Positions 58,887-64,000 of a stretch of 64,000 bases of DNA are shown here, piece by piece. Location: NCBI GenBank assembly GCA_041697335.1, contig JBGUGD010000023.1, positions 64,001 through 128,000 on the forward strand, given 5' to 3'. Below the pieces are notes generated by a model, which saw only the letters and a program-made list of their open reading frames with translations, was not told where the DNA came from and did no database searches. The stretch is from Vampirovibrionaceae bacterium NZW_1234. Lineage in GTDB: Bacteria > Cyanobacteriota > Vampirovibrionia > Vampirovibrionales > JAGQHJ01. Within the stretch, counting starts at the first letter, position 1. Every line of letters starts with the position of its first letter. The translations under genes and the position numbers were made by a program.

Positions 58887-61754
58887 ATGACTGCAGAAAT
58901 GTCTCTTGGGCCAAGCGGCGAGGAGGCCCAAAAATTTCAGAAAATGGCATTTTGGTTTGCCTGTGCCATCGGGGGCATTGGCCTATTGGCGCTAACAGGG
59001 TTTATTCTTGATATTCATTTGCTGCGGTCGTTTCTGCCCCATTTCGCGCCGCTGATTTCCCTGCCATCTACGGTCAACATCCTTTGTGTCAGCATAGCAA
59101 TGTTCCTGTATGCGTTATTTGACTCAAAACCATGGTCTCGCAGGGCGATCATCTGTCTTTTGCTGGTTCCCTTGTCCGTTGCCGGGTATTTCATTGTGCG
59201 TTCGTTATGGGCGGCACAGTTTGACGTGATTTCCTTGCTAATTCAGGATTATGGCATTGTCATGCCCTTCTTGTCTGCCATGAGTATGGGGCTTGGAGCA
59301 TTGTCCTTCATGTCTTTTATTCTCTGGAAGGAGAATCGTTGGGGGACTTTGCTCTCCGGACTATTGGCCATGCTGATGGTTCAGATGAACCTGTATGCCT
59401 TGCTGGGGTATTTGCTGAAACTGCCGGTCCTTTACGATGATCGAATGTCGCTGCCGTCGTCCTTGTCTTATGTTCTGATTGGGACGGCGTTACTGATTAT
59501 GACGACCCCCTTCGAGGGCTTTCTGGTACCGCTCTTTTCCAAAAACACCCGTGTTCGTCTTCTCACCATGTTCGCCCTCACCGTTGGCATTTTGATTTTG
59601 GTCGAGGGGATGACGGACGTGTCGCGTTTTCATCATACGGTTGAACAGGGGATGATGGCGGATGTGCTTCGATTTAATTATTTCTATGTGATGACCTCGT
59701 TTTCCAACATCGGATTATCTATTTTAATGCTGGTGGGGGCTTTGGAGGCGATTTACTATTTCGAGGCGTCCACGATCTATCAACGAGAAAAGCAGGTGGC
59801 CCAGCGCGAAACGCAACGGGCGGAGGAGGCTTTAGAAGCTTCATATCGGCAGTTGGAAGACTTTAAAAAGGCATTGGATGCATCCGATATTGTGGCCATT
59901 ACGGATACGCACGGGGTGATTACCTATGTGAACGACGCTTTTTGTCGTATTTCAGGGTATACCCGTGACGAGCTGATCGGTCAAACCCACCGGCTGATCA
60001 ATTCGGGCTATCATCCCAAGTCGTTTTTTAAATCCATGTGGTCAGCCATTGGCCATGGCCATGTGTGGCATGCGGAAATAAAAAACAAGGCTAAGGATGG
60101 GAGCTATTACTGGGTTGATACGACGATTGTTCCGTTTTTGCGAGACGATGGCAGGCCGTACCAATACATTGCCGTCCGGCATGATATTACCGAGCGAAAA
60201 CGTGTTGAAGAGCAACTTCGGATGGCCTTTGACGACGTCAAGGAGAGTGAAGCCCGATTTCGGACCATTGCGGATGAGTCGCCCATGTTTATTGTCATGG
60301 TCGATCTGGCGATGCGCACCACGTTTCTCAATAAAACCTGGATTGACTTTACAGGGCAATCGTTCAGGGAGAGTCCTGTTCGTCCGTTTCTGGCCGAGGT
60401 GCTTCATCCGGATGACGTGGACAGAACCGTTGACATGTATCAGCAGGCGGCACTATCGCCTCACACGTTTTCGCTGGAGAACCGACTGCGGTCCAGGGAG
60501 GGGGAGTATTTTTGGGTTCTATGGCATGGGACGCCGCGGTTTTTGCCCAACGGTGAATTTCTGGGCTTTATGAGCAGCGGGGTGGATATAACGGTTCGCA
60601 AACACATGGAGGAAGCCCTTCGAAACAGTGAATCCCAATGGCGAACGCTGGCCAACTCCATTCCGCAACTTGCATGGATGGCCGATCAGACCGGCTGGAT
60701 CTTCTGGTATAACCAGCGCTGGTATGAGTACACGGGGCTCCCCATTGAATCTGTTGAAGGGTGGGGATGGCAGCAGGCGCATCATCCGGACCATGTGGAT
60801 CGGGTGACCGAATCGATTCAATATGCCTTTATCCACGGAACCCCTTGGGAGGATACTTTTCCGCTCAGAAGCAAGGAGGGCCAATGGCGTTGGTTCTTGT
60901 CCCGTGCACTGCCGATTCGAAACGATGCAGGCGAGGTGATTCGCTGGTTTGGATCCAATACCGATATTACCGATGAGCTGACAACGAAAGCGGCGCTGGA
61001 ACAACTGACCCGGGAATTGGAACACCGGGTTGCCGAACGGACGGCAGCACTGGAGGAGAGCAATAAAGAATTGGAATCGTTTTCCTACTCCATTTCACAT
61101 GATTTAAGGGCCCCGCTACGAAGTATTGATGGGTTTAGCCGACTGGTGTTAGCCGAACAGGCTGATAAGCTGGATGACGAAGGCCGACGTTACCTGCGGT
61201 TTATTCGGGAAAATACCCAGCGTATGGGAGAACTGATCGATGACTTGTTGCAGTTGTCCCGGGTGGGTCGGGCCGAGGTAAAACAGGAACCGGTGGATTT
61301 GAGTCAACTGGCAACCCAGGTGCTGGAGGAATTGCAACTGCAAGAGCCGCATCGGCACCTGATGATTCATGTACAGGACGGCTGTCTGGCCACCGGGGAT
61401 CGGATCCTGTTGAGAACGGTGTTGCAGAATTTATTGGCCAATGCCTGGAAATTTACATCGAAAACCGAGCAGGCCCGAATTGACTTTGGGTGTGATCAAG
61501 ATGATACTGGAAAGCCGGTTTATTATGTGAAAGACAATGGCGCCGGATTTGATCCGGCCTATGCCGGAAAGTTGTTTGGTGCGTTTCAACGCCTGCATGA
61601 TGCCCGTGATTTTCCGGGCACAGGCATCGGCCTTGCGACGGTGAAACGCATTATCAATCGTCATGGGGGAGAGATTTGGGCGGAAGGACAAACTAACCAG
61701 GGGGCTAACTTTTATTTCACCCTGGGTTCTCGCAAAATAAAGCTGGGAACATAG
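58887..61754 (+). CDS. membrane-bound multi-PAS sensor histidine kinase
   Basis: N-terminal TM region, three PAS/PAC domains, SHDLRAPLR H-box, NAWKF, DNGAG and GTGIGLA. Confidence 0.96.
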   Translation: MTAEMSLGPSGEEAQKFQKMAFWFACAIGGIGLLALTGFILDIHLLRSFLPHFAPLISLPSTVNILCVSIAMFLYALFDSKPWSRRAIICLLLVPLSVAGYFIVRSLWAAQFDVISLLIQDYGIVMPFLSAMSMGLGALSFMSFILWKENRWGTLLSGLLAMLMVQMNLYALLGYLLKLPVLYDDRMSLPSSLSYVLIGTALLIMTTPFEGFLVPLFSKNTRVRLLTMFALTVGILILVEGMTDVSRFHHTVEQGMMADVLRFNYFYVMTSFSNIGLSILMLVGALEAIYYFEASTIYQREKQVAQRETQRAEEALEASYRQLEDFKKALDASDIVAITDTHGVITYVNDAFCRISGYTRDELIGQTHRLINSGYHPKSFFKSMWSAIGHGHVWHAEIKNKAKDGSYYWVDTTIVPFLRDDGRPYQYIAVRHDITERKRVEEQLRMAFDDVKESEARFRTIADESPMFIVMVDLAMRTTFLNKTWIDFTGQSFRESPVRPFLAEVLHPDDVDRTVDMYQQAALSPHTFSLENRLRSREGEYFWVLWHGTPRFLPNGEFLGFMSSGVDITVRKHMEEALRNSESQWRTLANSIPQLAWMADQTGWIFWYNQRWYEYTGLPIESVEGWGWQQAHHPDHVDRVTESIQYAFIHGTPWEDTFPLRSKEGQWRWFLSRALPIRNDAGEVIRWFGSNTDITDELTTKAALEQLTRELEHRVAERTAALEESNKELESFSYSISHDLRAPLRSIDGFSRLVLAEQADKLDDEGRRYLRFIRENTQRMGELIDDLLQLSRVGRAEVKQEPVDLSQLATQVLEELQLQEPHRHLMIHVQDGCLATGDRILLRTVLQNLLANAWKFTSKTEQARIDFGCDQDDTGKPVYYVKDNGAGFDPAYAGKLFGAFQRLHDARDFPGTGIGLATVKRIINRHGGEIWAEGQTNQGANFYFTLGSRKIKLGT

Positions 61755-61776
61755 TGTCTTGTTACACTGAGGCGAT

Positions 61777-62217
61777 ATGAAAAATTGCGTTATCTTGTTG
61801 GTTGAAGACAACGAATACGATCAGGAACTGACCATGAAAGCGCTTAAAATGGTGGGGCTTCAGGCAAAAATTGTGGTTGCCTGTGATGGGGTAGAGGCCT
61901 TGGATTATTTGATGGGGTCGTTAGAGACCGGTCAGTGCGATTTGAATGAGCACCCGCAGTTGGTTTTATTGGACTTGAAACTGCCGAAATTGGATGGGCA
62001 CGAAGTCTTGAAACAGATTCGCTCTAATGCCCGAACCCGGTTGCTTCCGGTGGTGGTTCTAACGTCGTCGCGTGAAGAAGAGGACGTGGTGAAGAGTTAT
62101 GCCAACGGCGCGTACAGCTATATTCGGAAACCTGTGGATTTTGACGACTTCCTGGATGTGGCTCAGAAAATCGGGGATTATTGGTTGAAAGTGAACGAAA
62201 ATCCTCCGGTGGGTTAG
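61777..62217 (+). CDS. single-domain response regulator
   Basis: LLVEDN, LLDLKLP, VLTSS and KP motifs. Confidence 0.96.
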   Translation: MKNCVILLVEDNEYDQELTMKALKMVGLQAKIVVACDGVEALDYLMGSLETGQCDLNEHPQLVLLDLKLPKLDGHEVLKQIRSNARTRLLPVVVLTSSREEEDVVKSYANGAYSYIRKPVDFDDFLDVAQKIGDYWLKVNENPPVG

Positions 62218-62221
62218 GAGG

Positions 62222-63772
62222 ATGGCCGTGAACTCGTCCAACTTGACGCCTATTCGGGTTCTTCTGGTTGAGGATTCTGAGTATGATGCTGAACTGATCA
62301 TTAAAGAGCTGAAAGCCAGTTGGGATGTTTTTTATGAACGGGTATGCACCCCGGAAGAGATGACTCAAAAACTGTATGCGCATGACTGGGATATTATCCT
62401 GGCCGATTACCAGATGCCCCGCTTTAGCGGCCCTGCGGCCCTGGAGTTGCTGAAGAAGACCGGCTTGGACATTCCCTTGATCATCGTGTCAGGGACAGTG
62501 GGGGAAGAAATTGCCGTGGATGCCCTTCGGGCCGGTGCCCAGGATTTTATTGTCAAAGGACACTTCATCCGGTTGATTCCGGCTGTCAAACGAGAACTCA
62601 GCGAGCGGGTGGCCCGTCAGGAGCTGCGTCAGGTCGAGCGTCAGTTTCGCCAGAGCGAAGAACGCTATCGGACCTTGATTGAAGGATTAACCCAATTTGC
62701 CATTCTGATCATTGATGCGACGGGCTATATTCAGACTTGGAACGAAGGGGCGCAAAAAATATTGGGGTATCCCCCGGAAGAAGCCATCGGAATGCATTGT
62801 TCTTTCCTCTACTGCCCTGAAGACCGGGACCGTAGTATCCATGATCAAAGTTTGGCGATTGCCGTAAAGATGGGACAATATCATGAAGAAGGGTGGCGCT
62901 TAAAAAAGCATGGGGAACGCTTTTGGGCCGAAATTACCATTACGCCGATGTTTGATGACAAGGCGCAATTGATAGGTTATTCCAAGATTGCCATCGATCG
63001 TACCCAGGAAAGGGAAGCCCAAAAAGCGTTAGAAGAGTCGAAAGATCAGGCCGAACTTGCGAATCAGAAAAAAAGCCAGTTCCTGGCCAATATGTCCCAC
63101 GAACTCAGAACACCACTGAACTCCATTATCGGGTACTCGGAGATGATTCTGAACAATATGGTCAAATCTTCGGAAGATCTGGAACGCTACGCCAGGAATA
63201 TTTCCGTTAGCGGGCGTCACCTGCTGGACATTGTGAACGATATGCTGGATGTGTCCAAAATTGAAGCCGGAAAGCTGGAGATTCATGCCCAGCCTGTTGA
63301 TCTGCAGAAGTTGGTGCAGGAATTGCATGATGTGCTGGTGATGTTGGCCAATCAAAAAGAAATCAAGATTTTCTGGGATGTGGCTCCGGAGGTGAAGACC
63401 GTCGAAGCGGATCCCCAGCGGTTACGGCAGATTCTGTTTAACCTGATGAGTAATGCCATTAAATTCAACCGACCCGGGGGCAAGGTGATGCTGAACCTGT
63501 GCCGAAGCCAGGATGAACGCTGGTTTCAAGGTGAAGTCACGGATACCGGCATTGGGATCCCGCGGGATAAGATTGATCAGCTGTTTTCCGATTTTTACCA
63601 GGTGGACAGTTCTTCGTCCAAGTCCTACGACGGGACGGGGTTGGGGCTGGCCCTGACCAAGCGCCTGCTGGCTGTGCAAGGCGGTGATATTTCCGTTGAT
63701 AGCGAAGAAGGCAAAGGATCGACGTTTCTCTTCCGTCTGCCGATTCGACGGGCCAACCCGGAGTCGGCCTAA
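62222..63772 (+). CDS. hybrid REC-PAS-histidine kinase
   Basis: REC domain, PAS domain, [18 protein letters not shown] and GTGLGL. Confidence 0.96.
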   Translation: MAVNSSNLTPIRVLLVEDSEYDAELIIKELKASWDVFYERVCTPEEMTQKLYAHDWDIILADYQMPRFSGPAALELLKKTGLDIPLIIVSGTVGEEIAVDALRAGAQDFIVKGHFIRLIPAVKRELSERVARQELRQVERQFRQSEERYRTLIEGLTQFAILIIDATGYIQTWNEGAQKILGYPPEEAIGMHCSFLYCPEDRDRSIHDQSLAIAVKMGQYHEEGWRLKKHGERFWAEITITPMFDDKAQLIGYSKIAIDRTQEREAQKALEESKDQAELANQKKSQFLANMSHELRTPLNSIIGYSEMILNNMVKSSEDLERYARNISVSGRHLLDIVNDMLDVSKIEAGKLEIHAQPVDLQKLVQELHDVLVMLANQKEIKIFWDVAPEVKTVEADPQRLRQILFNLMSNAIKFNRPGGKVMLNLCRSQDERWFQGEVTDTGIGIPRDKIDQLFSDFYQVDSSSSKSYDGTGLGLALTKRLLAVQGGDISVDSEEGKGSTFLFRLPIRRANPESA

Positions 63773-63815
63773 GGCCCCGGCATCATTGAGACCCAGGCGC
63801 ATGATTGTTGCCTCA

Positions 63816-64000
63816 TTATTTTTGCATCATTCCCTGCAGATGGGCGATAAACTGGCTGATATTGCCATTGTCCAGGTGTTGGTACATGGTATTGGATTCC
63901 GAGTAGGTGTTCAGATCGGTCCAATTCATCTGACCCGCATAACCGCCGGGATTATGGTTACTCATATAGGTCGGGGTGCCTCCCAAGGCAATCTGGACGG
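63816..64000 (-). CDS. hypothetical protein, C-terminal fragment running off the window edge
   Basis: One minus frame open from the edge to TAA at 63816 (..QFIAHLQGMMQK). Confidence 0.5.
   Translation of the reverse strand, partial: VQIALGGTPTYMSNHNPGGYAGQMNWTDLNTYSESNTMYQHLDNGNISQFIAHLQGMMQK

Noticed and set aside
58887..63772. Phytochrome signalling module
   Set aside because: The HK and RR resemble that subfamily, but no GAF/PHY chromophore domain is present; it is an ordinary PAS-HK/RR/hybrid triad.

Overview
Chromosomal window from a diderm bacterium. The gene set and the many orphan proteins with Ser/Pro-rich N-termini ending in an 'RF[GASC]' motif suggest a non-photosynthetic cyanobacterial relative (Vampirovibrionia/Melainabacteria); this is inference, not a database result. 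Recognisable content: lpxI-lpxB, typA, a cyclophilin, a KamA radical SAM enzyme, an AmpD-like amidase, a polar amino-acid ABC operon, an RND-MFP-TolC efflux operon, a GT9/FkbM AT-rich island, an MFS transporter, a RimK/graspetide-type ATP-grasp, a PAS-HK/RR/hybrid-HK triad, and tRNA-Leu(CAA), tRNA-Asn(GTT) and an atypical tRNA-Ser(TGA). No integrase, transposase, cas gene or true CRISPR array was seen. Most notable unexplained structures: (1) a largely non-coding 1.8 kb purine-rich region (9900-11700) behind two prion-like low-complexity proteins, containing a ~100-bp tandem array that alternates a strong Shine-Dalgarno box lacking a canonical start codon with a second conserved box; (2) dispersed effector-like orphans sharing an N-terminal RF[GASC] signal and carrying divergent enzyme domains (Ppx/GppA, caspase-like, HExxH, degenerate ClpB-like AAA+); (3) a helically phased array of nine TTACTCA heptamer pairs (58183-58519); (4) a 53-bp hairpin direct repeat bracketing one effector-like gene.
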